Below, one piece after another: positions 10,460-21,690 of a stretch of 64,000 nucleotides of DNA. Location: the NCBI GenBank assembly GCA_040285855.1, contig JAUFOQ010000006.1, positions 2,294,001-2,358,000 of the forward strand, read 5' to 3'. Origin of the DNA: Eukaryota sp. GEM-RC1. Its lineage: Eukaryota. The position numbers were made by a program, and so were the translations under genes. Within the stretch, counting starts at the first letter, position 1. Each line of letters starts with the position of its first letter. Under the pieces are notes generated by a model. It saw nothing but the letters and a program-made list of their open reading frames with translations, did not search any database and was not told where the DNA came from.

Positions 10460-11310
10460 CTAATATGGTACCCTTCCTACAAAGTTATGAAATTGTAAAA
10501 ACAAACAAAAATAATGTTAAGACTAAATCTAAACGACTTCCTTTTCATCTGTTAAAAGATTAAGTTATTCAACAATAACTTTCACACCAAACTTGTACAA
10601 TTTCCCAACTGATGGAGAGAAATAGAAAAGCATATTAAGATATATTGAAAACATAATACGGTTTTTCAATCAGCTTTTCTAATACTAACACTTGTTTTCT
10701 TTACACAGTTCTTGGAATTCATTGAAAAATAGACTACCAGCAGGACTAATCGATCCAAAAAGATAACCAGCAAAAGGTCAAAACACAAATATGAAATATG
10801 GGTTTCGATTTAACTATTCTACTTGAAAGTCAGAATTGGATTGTTTGAGTTTTTCAACATCTGTTGACTGATTAAAAGAACAAGCTAACATCCTTCTAAC
10901 ACCAAAATTTGTTACAAACATCTACTATGGTATAATCCATTAATGATTGACTCGATTTAAGCCATGAAGTACGGAGGTCTTGCTCACTCTAAAGTTGAAC
11001 CAGTTTTGAATCACCTTTTACAAAATGAATTTACGGGTCAAGAAAAATCATGCTTTAATCATGAAATAACAAGCATCACGTACACCATCATGAATAACTG
11101 AACGTAGATGAATAAAATAACGACAATTAATTAAATGGCGAATAAGAGTACTAGTTCCACAAGAGCAAGTTGAATAGTTTAATAAATTTGCAGGCCAAAT
11201 AGCCAAACGAAGACTCATATTGAACCAACCAAGCTTCATCAGATAAATGTAATCCAAACGCCTTAGGATTTTGAGAAATACATCAAGAAGGTCCACCATT
11301 TCATAGATCA
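10460..11310 (-). mobile_element. Degraded RLE non-LTR 3' fragment
   Basis: LRLAIWPANLLNYSTCSCG...HLINCRYFIHLRSVIHDGVRD is nearly identical to ORF 52987-53709. A short internal inversion is present near 10980-11050. Confidence 0.75.
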
Positions 11311-12094
11311 AATAAAAGAGTCAATGTAATTTGCAGTTTACATTCTCACATATTACGGCAAATACGGAGAGGCAAAGGAGAAATTGAAGGGCTGGATGCA
11401 GCCTTCGTCTGGGGTGTAACGGTGACAGGAGACGTTTTCTTTGGATGGGTAATCTTACTCTCGTTCCCTGGAAGGCATCATCATCAGACTTTGCGTCACA
11501 TAGATTCGTTTACGTTTATAATTGATACATACTTGTTTGTTTTACTAGATTCTGACCATTTATCAACTAGTCTGTTAAAGGGTTAAACTGGCTGAGCACT
11601 TGAGTGTGACCTGCTGCTAAAGGTCTTTGAAAAAAACTAGAAACTGGCGCCAGTGAGTTCCAAGTCAAGTCGAACGACTGGACTTAAAAATTCTCAAGTT
11701 ACTTGGAATTGACTTGATTCAAGTCGATCAACGTGTGCCTTGAGTCAAGTCGTTTGACAACACTAATATGAAAACATCCTGAACTTCCTGTTAGAGTTTA
11801 GCTTCTGGTCTCGCGAAATTAGACAACAGGAAGACAAGGTGTGCAATGATGAGTTAGGAAATCCTATCCACTCATATGACATCTGCCGTACTGCCCTCTT
11901 GGAGATTGACCCTACTGATGTATGTGAATTTATCAACCAAAACATGGTTTATACTTGGAGACGTACAGGGGAATTATCTTCTAGTGGAACAGATGATGAA
12001 GCCGTTTGGCGTTATCTTTGTACGAAACCTCAGAACAACACCGTGAATGCTGCTACTAAGAGCTTTCAAAGGATCAATTTCAGAATCCAGAACT

Positions 12095-12260
12095 AAGATC
12101 GATCTAACACTAACATCAGATGAAGAAGTTGGTGACGGAACAACCTCAGTCATGATCCTCGCTTCTGAACTCCTTGCCTACGCTAAACCTCTCTTCAACA
12201 GTCACCCCACCATCATCGATGAAGACTACAACAAGCTTGTCTCCATTGCTCTTCGCCGTA
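12095..12260 (+). pseudogene. CCT/TCP-1 chaperonin fragment (gamma-subunit-like)
   Basis: IDLTLTSDEEVGDGTTSVMILASELL...HPTII contains the group II chaperonin GDGTTS ATP-binding motif. Flanking sequence is not open. Confidence 0.75.
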
Positions 12261-14719
12261 CTTACTTACATGAAACAACAAGGAGGAGGTTTCAAACCTT
12301 GTCAAGACTACTCTTGGTAGTATGTTGGTCTTGGTCTCGATCTCATGTATACTCCTCCAGTTTACGTTGTTTCCACCCTAACTCAGACTATTTATGATTA
12401 AAGTAAGGAAATTGACATTAAGGAGTTTGTTAGGGAAAGTATTAAGTGAAGATTACCTCAATCTAGATATCATCCGCCCTCAAATGAGAACATCATCAAG
12501 AATCCCTCGAAGTATCCTCTAGTGAGTTTTTAAGCACTCTGAATTGGTGACCATCGCTCTTACATTGTGTGTGTCCAGACTTAGCCTTGAATTATTTGCT
12601 CTAGTGAAGTTGAATTGGTCGTTTTTATCGAATTTGATTTCTATTATTAATGAATCAACGCCATCCATGATGACGTGATCGATTCTTCTAGTCTAATCTG
12701 ATGTTTGCCGCATTCTATTGTTCAATTCTTTGACGTCCTGACGTTTTTTATGATTTCAGTGTCTTTCTATTATTATAAGTTTGTTTTATGTTTTTCTTCA
12801 TATGTCTCCTGTATGATCACTACTTTACTTGAAACTCATTGTCAGATTTGATATCCAAACATGATAATGAAAGTAATTTTTATTATTTGGTTATTAATCA
12901 TTAAATCTACTCTTTCAAAGCTGGTATCATGTTACATGACAACGCATGGCGACCACATGTAACTTATTACCTGTACTGTTCCTGATATAACCTTATTGAT
13001 TAGCGAATATATAGAACAAAGAGCAGACAATCAGATACACACCCCAGACAACATCATTAAGTGACGTCAGCATCTCAGAACATGATTGGTGAGAATATGC
13101 TACTATACAGCTTCTTGTTGTAACAATCAATGAACTTTGTATATATTCTTGAAAAAACTGCTCTGAACTCTCTATATTACACCACTTTCTACACAAATCT
13201 TCAAAAGACAGCTCCAATCGGCTTAAGTAAACTCCTTACAGTCACACTTGATCCGTTCAGCTGTGAACATTAACAGAAACAATTTAGATAGAATCCACAT
13301 TTTTGTTCTAGTAAATGACACAGTGAGGCAGTTTTTGCGGTTCCAGATCCAGAAATCAATAACGCTATTTGCTTCATTCTCAATTCATATTTTTGAGCCG
13401 CTTCATGAAGTCATTCATAGCAGGAATCATTCCAGTTCCAAGATCAAATTCCAAAGAAAACTCGCGGTTAGGATTTACTCAGTACAAGAAAGGCGTTGTA
13501 GTGGAGGAAGAATGTGGCTCTGATTGCATTCAAGACGGCGTCATCACTCGTAAATTTGCTGAATCGAATCATCTACTTCACAAACATATTTAAGATATCA
13601 ACAATGATTCAGATCTTGTAACGTCAAGAATCACAGAGGTTTGATAAGTAGACTGATTAAGAAGTGACAAAAGAGCCTAAAAAGTCGGAGATCACTTCCC
13701 CAGACTGAACCTGTGTTTATCTATTCAATCCTTTGCTTTGTTCCTTCCACCTTTCCTGTCATGGCGTATCAATCGTTGCTCCAGAATTCCCGTATAGTAC
13801 AGGTCCCAGGGGTTTGGTTTGAGATGTTAGTGGAGGAGATAACTCACTATCCCCATCCATCAAGTGTCTCCCTCTGACTGCATCCGACCCCGAATGACAC
13901 ATCTTGACGGGATTGGATTTAGAATTCGGCTTGGCGAAACAGCGAGAGAGCAGGACATCAAAACCTTTTATTCTCCGGAGGTGTGTACGATTTCAATTTC
14001 AAAGTTTTAGAGGATGGGGATTTATCTAGTTACAATGCGGTTTTTCTCTGGTGCTGAGATTAGATAGGTGAGATTCTTATGGTCGCAGAATAAGGTAAAC
14101 TTTTTTTGTAAGAATGAAGGAAGCTAAAGGAGATAGAGTAAGTGTCTGTAGGATTCTTTTTTTTGATAGTTGACCAGTTTCTTTGGCTGTTTGTGAACTT
14201 TTTTGAAAAAAGTAGTAGATGCACAGTGGTCTGGTTTCCCTATCGATTAAGGGGAGTTTTTTATGGATAATTATAAAATACATAATAACAATTACTAAGA
14301 AATATTGGAACCTAAGACACAAGAAGCTACAGAAGGTAAGAGATTCTTTCTTAAACTCGCAAGCAGCGTGGTTAGAGAAGTCAGCAAAAAGATTGATGTG
14401 AATGAACTCAATTTGGCGAGAAAAGCAATGATTCGATGTGGTCTCTCTTGAAATTTTGATGGGACATGGAGTAGCTTAGTCCTCAACTTCAGGAGATCAT
14501 CAAGAAGCATAAAAGATCTTTGATCATGGTGAAGTGCTTAAGACAGTTGAACAGGAAGTTGGAAACGAGGGCGTTGTTGTTGTAGAAGAAGATGTGGTAG
14601 AATTGAGTGATTAGAATGATTTGACTATGTATGAAGTTCATACAAAAACCGGATTTATGTGCGGAGAAAAACACACAACAAGAAAACAACAAATAAATAA
14701 ACACTATTAAAACAAATTA

Positions 14720-15090
14720 TCAAACGAACTACCTAATTCCGAAAAGTAATTGCCTCCACACAACTTGGACAAAATGGAATCAACATATCTATACATGGAC
14801 CAAAAAAATCGAGAAAGCAAATTTACTCTTCCAGTACGATCTGTTAAACTTCTTGTCACTTTCTGAACACAAATTTTCAAATAAATTTAAAAACCCCTTG
14901 GTAGAAGAACCGAAATTTGCGTACAATGAAACTGCAAAAGGCTGAAAGACGATATTATTGTGTCTTCGTGAATTCAATGCAGCAACTTCCACACTTAGAC
15001 CCTTTGGCGTTCTCAGCGTCTTTTAGCGGATCATTTGAAGTATTCAAAATGTTGGCAATAGCTGAAGTTTTGCAAGGATCAACGTATATA
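14720..15090 (-). mobile_element. RLE non-LTR 3' tail (duplicate at ~45605-45975)
   Basis: VDPCK...DPLKDAENAK...FQPFAVSLYANFG...KFNRSYWKSK matches the C-termini of the other RLE elements. Confidence 0.7.
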
Positions 15091-16141
15091 TGACCAACGG
15101 GAAGGTGTCTAGAACTAACAGCAACGTTGTGATACGTCTTAACTTGATTGCTCAAGCTTTGACAGTACCACGCTGAGTAAGCATACGTAAAGTATCTACC
15201 ATCAGCATCGCAACTAGGGTCCAATGATTCAATCAAAATATCATGACGAGAATCCCATGAGTAATCCGAGGGATAACGATACGTATCCCCAGCATCTCCA
15301 TCATTCAAATCACCCAGAAAGCGTTCAATAACTTGAGGGGGAAATACCCGGAGGAACGTTCCTCAACAGATAGTGCCGTCTTTTAGGCATACGGTTGCGG
15401 ATGACAGGATGCCGAGGAGCGAACTTCGCCAAGTGCCACATGTCGTAATCAGAGATACAAACGCTGTTGTCTTGTGGACTTACCCAGAAGCTTCTGTTCT
15501 GCTTCGACTCTTCTAGACTGCTCTTTGGCGAGAGATTCCTGTAACTTGCGAATCTCTTCAACCACTTCAGTTGACTTCTATTGAGGAACTGGAACAACAT
15601 CGGGAATGCGTTCTTTATTAAAACTATTTCTACGAGAAAGAATAGGGAGAGGAGACGCTGTTACAACTACATCATGACTCTCGGAATGCGGAGTACTGCT
15701 GCTATCAGCATCGCATACTCTTTACTTCTCTAACAAGCTTGGGATACGGTCTGAAATTACAGAGGGAGTATCCAAACCCACTTCGCCGTCCTGGCGGGAA
15801 GACGAAGTCCTGCCATCCTCAGATGGGCATCCACCTTCAGGTTGAACATCTACAACTCTACGAGAAGTAGATTCACCAACCTCAGGTGAGATTTCCGTCA
15901 CCTCCTTGTGGGAAGTGGGGCTTCTATCCTCAGATAGGCATCCGTCCCAAGACAGGCATCCATCCTCAGATGGGTCACTTTCGAAGTCCGACGAGTCAAC
16001 TAACTCTTCTGTATCAGGAACCAATGGCTCCTTTCGACGGGAAGACACTTTGGAGCTAGACTTAGATCTAGTCAAAGGTTTGTTTCTACGATTAGTTTTG
16101 TTTCCCGCTTTTGATTGGTAAGTAGTCCTTTTCTTCACCAT
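15080..16141 (-). pseudogene. ORF of unknown family (homologue of 4504-6050); duplicate at 45970-47027
   Basis: Basic N-terminus (MVKKRTT), acidic repeats, then WHLAKFAPRHP...RMPKRRHYLLRNVPP...GDTYRYPSDYSWD...YAYSAW...YHNVAV. Confidence 0.55.
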
Positions 16142-16374
16142 CTTGGACAATAATTATTGATACCGTTTGGCTACAAAGGGTAGGGAAAAGATGTTTATAA
16201 ATAAAATAATATGATCTTGTAACACTTCACTAACACCTGTGGCTAACAACAGCTACATTGAAGATCATTTGGCAAATTGAATGGCCATAAATAGCAACGA
16301 GTCTTATCGTAGTAGTCCAGTTTAGAAGAAAAGAAGCAAATCAAATCTTTTGTTAAAAGAAAATCTAGTGTTAC

Positions 16375-17013
16375 CATAGTTGTAGATACCTAAATTCGAG
16401 GTATTTCGGTAGGTATTAGGTATTGAGGTAGGTATTAGGTATTTTCATGTCTCATATTGGAGATACCTGTTGCTACCAAAAGTACCCTTCTAATGCTACA
16501 TTTAAATAGTATTAATTTTGTTTAGTACATTCATTTGGATTAATCAAGTTTTCTATTTTTGAACAAATGGATACATTGTACGTGTTCTAAGTCAACACCA
16601 GATTAAAACTGTTTGTTGAATTATTGTCAACCTTCTCTTTGAATCATCTTTTTCCAAAAAAAGGACACTTTTTTTGCTACCATTAGGCAATCTTCTAAGA
16701 ACCCATTGGGGAAGCTTGACACAGCCAAGATTATCAAGAAAGAACTTGTGGAGATCAGTTGTAATGGTTGTCAACCATACGGATGGACTATGTGGAAGAA
16801 AAACAAGACGCAGCGACGAGTAATATAGTTTGTAGCACTGTATATTGTTGAGTTAGATGTTTGTATTATACAACAGGTTATATAAATTAGCTTTGATAAT
16901 GTGTTCAATCATTTTTCTGGGTATTCAGGTATCAGGCTGAGGTATTCGGTATTTTGGTATTTTGGTAGGTATTAGGTATTCTTTTTATTGGGATATAGGT
17001 ATCCACAACTATG
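16375..17013. mobile_element. hAT-type MITE, 639 bp (duplicate 47261-47898)
   Basis: TIR CATAGTTGT(A/G)GATACCTA, perfect 8-bp TSD AGTGTTAC on both sides, and GGTATT subterminal repeats. Confidence 0.9.
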
Positions 17014-17611
17014 AGTGTTACATATATTAATAGTGTTTCTACGTTTCAGAGTTTTTACGATTCCGAAACGTTTCCAAGAACTAAACATAAGTTTGAAATT
17101 CACCTATCATAGACAAAAATGGATAATCTGTCCTTGTGGAAACGTCTAGGTGGAGACACAGGAACGTTTCTAACACGGTTCTGCTAGTGGAACAATTTTG
17201 ATACGTTTCTCCTGTCCCGTGAACGCTAACGCGTAACACGCGTGTTAGAAAATTTGGCTGATTTCTAACACGCAAATTACGGTTACTATTTTTGGTCTGA
17301 ATGATGTGAAAATGAATTTTGCTGCTAAAAGAATGAAAGACGTCGTTTTAGAAGTTCCCTACACTGATGTAGAGTATCGTAGGGATAAATGTGTAGAAGA
17401 AACCAGCTGACTATAGTTGAACCAGAAACCAGGAAAAATTCCTGTAACGCAAACACGTGTTAACACGTGTTAGATACGATTTTTGAACGTGTCAGTGTTC
17501 ACTGCTCCTGTCGTAATACTAGAAAATTCCTGCCCATCATTGACTGTTAACAGTAAATGACAAGGTCGTGTCCTGTATGTTTATTAAGCTTCGGTAATAC
17601 GTACCACATTC

Positions 17612-19627
17612 TAGAGCTGTCAAACGGTTCGGCTCAAGCCGTAAACCGAACGACTTGAGCCAAACCATATCGAAATTTGGTTCGGCTTACTCAAATGGCT
17701 CAAGCCAAAGCCGAACCAGTTTGGATTTCTCCAAGCCAAACCATTCTGCTCAAGCCGCGGCTTGAACTTACTTCGAACAAATGAACAAGTTGACCAAGTT
17801 CATTGCATACATCGATTCATAAGACGTACAAACAAATACAAAAAGGAATATACTAGGACTGTCCAGGTTCGGGTTTTGGTTCTAACCCGAACCCCTGTTC
17901 TCAGAACCTAACTGGAACCCGAACCTATTAGGTTGGAACCTGACTGGAACCTAAACCTCTTATCTCAGAACCTGGCTGGAGCCTGAACCTGTGGGGTTAG
18001 AACCTGGGAACTTTTAGAACCCGACTTTAATAAGATACAATAAAAAAACGTATATCGATGAAGGGCACAAAAATCAATATGAAAATAAAAGCCATGAAAC
18101 ACTAGACACATCTCTGACAGCATTATGAAGAACAGAACGAAACTGAATAAATTTGGTGTAAATAATTTCATGTCTAAAAGTTGCATTGTGACGATGGCTA
18201 CATACACATTCAGAATTTTTGAGTAATTCAGCAGAAAACAAAGCTCAACCTAATAGCATATAATGAATTAGTTTTTATTTGTGCCATAAAATACTGAAGA
18301 AAAGACACCAAACCCAATTATAGTTATACATCCAGTTTGATTGTGATGATGATTGTCTTGGTGGATTCGGAGGAGGAGCAGGCGAAGGGGAAGAGTCGAC
18401 GTGAAGAGGTTCTACGTCAGGTGCATCAATATTACTCATAGGGGAAAGATATGATTTATCAATTTTACGAATATAACAAAGTTGAACATACTAAATGAAG
18501 GAAAAAGGGGTTCGAGGTTCTAACCTGGAACCTTAGTGTTGGGAACCTAACTGCAACCGGAACCTGGATCTTCAGAACCTAACCGGAACCGGAACCTCAG
18601 TGTTGGGAACCTGACTGGAACCTAACCTGGAACCTGGGTCCGAACCCAGGTTAGAACCCGAACCTGGACAGTCCTAGAATATACAAACCGCTAGCACACT
18701 CATAATTGTGATCATTACTGATAAAATTGGTTCATATCTTCAGAATCTTCCTTATATTAATAACTGTTGTTCCACAGTGAAGGAACGTCATTTCAGTGAC
18801 TTTAAACTGAATCTTTCAATTTACAATTACTCAAAAACTTCTTACAGCATACGTACAATGCTACCAAATTACTTTCAGGCTCGCAGTACATTACAGTTCC
18901 CATGATGACTAGTGTCTGAAACAAATGCACATCACAGATACTCACCCCCTCTGCGTCATCACCTGAATGGCTGAAAAATGCTTGTAACGTTACATGTCTT
19001 TTGGTTAACAAGTATCATCCTTTTGTACTTTTGTGTATGATATGACAACTTTCATATCAATGTTCTTTGATCCACGTTTTGCTTGGATGAATATGGTAGC
19101 TACTATGAGAACTGAATCATACTTTCCGACATTTAAAGCAATGTACCATTTAAAGAAGGAAGATCATCTAAACGCTGGTCTAGCGTACAGAACAATAGCA
19201 TTGACGATGACGGTGCTGTTCATAACGATGTCATTGTTGTTGAAGACGAGAGTAATGTTGATGCTGTCTTTGACGACGATGATTCCGATCAGGATGTGTT
19301 TTTAGAATCTCTTCAAAGTCAATTACAGCTATGAATTTGTTGATTGTAGTGATGACGAAAACGATGAATATGCTCCTTCTTTAGATTCATAAGACCTAAA
19401 GGTGCTCATCAACCTTTGTACTATAAAAACAGTAGTTTTTGAGGAGTTTCTACAATAAAAACAACTATTCAAATTGATTTTTTATTCGAACCGAAAAATA
19501 TCGGTTTGGCTCGGCTTCAAGTCGACTTGTCACTTTGGTTCGGCTTACTCAAATGGTTCAAGCCAAAGCCGAACCAGTTTGGAATTTTACAAGCCAAACC
19601 ATTCGGCTCAAGCCGTTGACAGCTCTA
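17612..19627. mobile_element. Non-autonomous hAT element (duplicate 48497-50516; partial copy ending 23572)
   Basis: TIR TAGAGCTGTCAA(A)CGG / CCGTTGACAGCTCTA, 8-bp TSD CCACATTC, GGCTCAAGCC subterminal repeats, and an internal FFDPRF resembling the hAT transposase LDPRF motif. Confidence 0.9.
17854..18676. mobile_element. hAT-type MITE nested in the previous element (duplicate 48739-49563)
   Basis: 22-bp TIR TAGGACTGTCCAGGTTCGGGTT, 8-bp TSD GAATATAC, dense GGAACC repeats. Confidence 0.92.
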
Positions 19628-20023
19628 CCACATTCCTTATATTATTTGTACCAATGGTTGCAAAATTTCTCGGAGATTTATTGAAGAGAAAATCACAAAA
19701 TTCGAACAATCTATTCCTAAAGAATTACTCGAGTATGCTGATTATATTCCATTTGATTTGATATACGAATCAATTAATATTTTCCTCACAGTAATTGCGA
19801 AAGGTATTATAAATCTTTCGTATTATCCTCTACAAGGGAAAACTTATTCTTTAGATTATGGTTCAATTGTTAAAATTTATGCAATGTGTACGAATCCAAA
19901 TACTTATGAAGCTTTTAAATTTTTAATAAATAAACAACAAGAACTTTCAATTACATTTATTTAATAACAATGGTATTTCACCATATGGGAGTTTTAATTT
20001 TACCATTCACAAGTACATTGTAC

Positions 20024-20730
20024 CAGCAATGTAAAAATATCTTATTGTTATCTTATTGTTTTTCTGACATTCAACAATAAATATATTGTCTGGATTGATA
20101 TCTTATCTTATTTATTGGTTATCTTGAGTCAAAACAATAAATATATCTTCAATAACGACAGTAACAAATCACTAAGAACAAGAATAATTTCATCACATTC
20201 ATCAACTGTAGCCTGATTGGATTGAGGTGTGAGGTACTAGTACTTTATTAAAGTTTACCAATAGAAGTTTGATCCCATAGATCAACATTGTACAACAAGA
20301 AAAGTTGCTTTCCTAACGCTTTTGAGTTCAGATTTGGTTTAGTGTTTCCTGAAGTCCTTCTGAGCTAGACTGAAAAGCATCCCATCTTCAATTCTAGTTG
20401 CAGGTATCCAACTTAAATCTATCTACTGTCGATCTTGATTAGTTCGTTGCTGTTTACGTTTGTTCAATCTTTTATTTAAGCCAATGGTTCTCTGTTACCT
20501 TGGAGTTCAAACGCTTCAACACAATCCTACTTTATTCTAAATTGACATCAAGAAAAAATCAGGTTACAACAAGAAAAAGAACGTTCTTGAATTATCTTAT
20601 CTTATTGAAATATATCGTATATTGTTGAGTTTTGACGATAAATATATTGTTGAGAGAGATGTCCACAATAAGATAACAATAAATATATTTATTGTTATTG
20701 TACAATATATATATTTATTTTACATTCCTG
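20024..20730. mobile_element. hAT-type MITE, 707 bp (copies 23969-24675, 50913-51619)
   Basis: Imperfect TIR CAG(C/G)AATGTAAAA, 8-bp TSD CATTGTAC, TATCTTAT subterminal repeats. Confidence 0.85.
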
Positions 20731-21465
20731 CATTGTACATCCATTTACGATTTGTTAGTACATACACCATCTTAAATGATCCACATCTACTCTGGAACTA
20801 CAAAAAATGTAGAAAAAGATGATAAATGATTCTGGAGAAATTGTTTGCTGCTGCACAATTCCATCATAACCCATGAGTTCTCCAGAAAAACCCTTGAGGC
20901 TATAGAATATGCCAAGATTGCCAACTTCTACTTAAGGCTGGCTTATTCAGCCACAACCCCTCTAAAAGCTGAGCACAGAGATATGCCTGTTGCGTGGAAA
21001 TGCGTTAAGCATAGCAAACGTAGACGTAGTGTGATTAATATAGATATTTTTCATTTTTTTGTAATAAGTATAGTTGTGTAATAAGTCGTGGATTTAGACA
21101 TTCTCTTCACTTATCGAATATATATTTATCGGTTCATGGTACAATAGTCGTTAAATATACAAGATATATTTCCTGACAATAGATTTATCGAAGTTGCCTA
21201 ACAAAAGATGAAGAAAATATATTGGTAATATACACTGCTGACATCTACTAATATATCTAACAAATATTCACGCGCAATTGAAGGTATTTTAGTGCTGATT
21301 AAAAAAATACAAAAAATTCTAATTGAAGTACACGTTTCCAGAAAAAATACAATACATAATACAGAAAAAATACTGATTACAAACAAATATAGTATTTTGT
21401 ATTTTACAACTAGAAAGTCTTATTGCGTTTTGCGGTAGAGAAAACAAAGAAAGCCCTAGCAACTA

Positions 21466-21690
21466 ATTTAAAAAAATGGGTAAAAATAGGATGAACAAAC
21501 GATTTGATCATACATCATGGTTGAATCGGAACGTTTTCACTGTTTTTAAAACAATTCCCCTAATCATCTCCAAAGCTTTATTAGCATCATCTCCAAAGCT
21601 TTATTAGCAGTGAATTCCTTTTATGAGGACAAAGCTGTTGTAAGGTTCGATAGCGACGGGTGTTGTTTTAATGATATCAAACTTTAGTTG
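21466..21690 (+). mobile_element. RLE non-LTR 3' tail (copies ~25410-25635, ~52357-52580)
   Basis: MNKRFDHTSWLNRNVFTVFKTIPLIISKALL matches the C-terminus of ORF 38086-38472. Confidence 0.75.

Noticed and set aside
12993..14704. Short ORFs as host genes
   Set aside because: Fragmentary, mostly non-ATG starts, no motif I can support. Their conservation in copy B only reflects the recent duplication.
17030..17545. Palindrome-rich stretch (AACACGCGTGTT, GAAACGTTTC) as a structured RNA or intact MITE
   Set aside because: Probably decayed transposon ends. I could not find a matching TIR pair, TSD or RNA-gene signature.
17860..18676. GGAACC/AACCTG arrays as CRISPR or telomeric repeats
   Set aside because: Irregular spacing, no unique spacers or cas genes, and confined between TIRs with an 8-bp TSD. 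They are MITE subterminal repeats.
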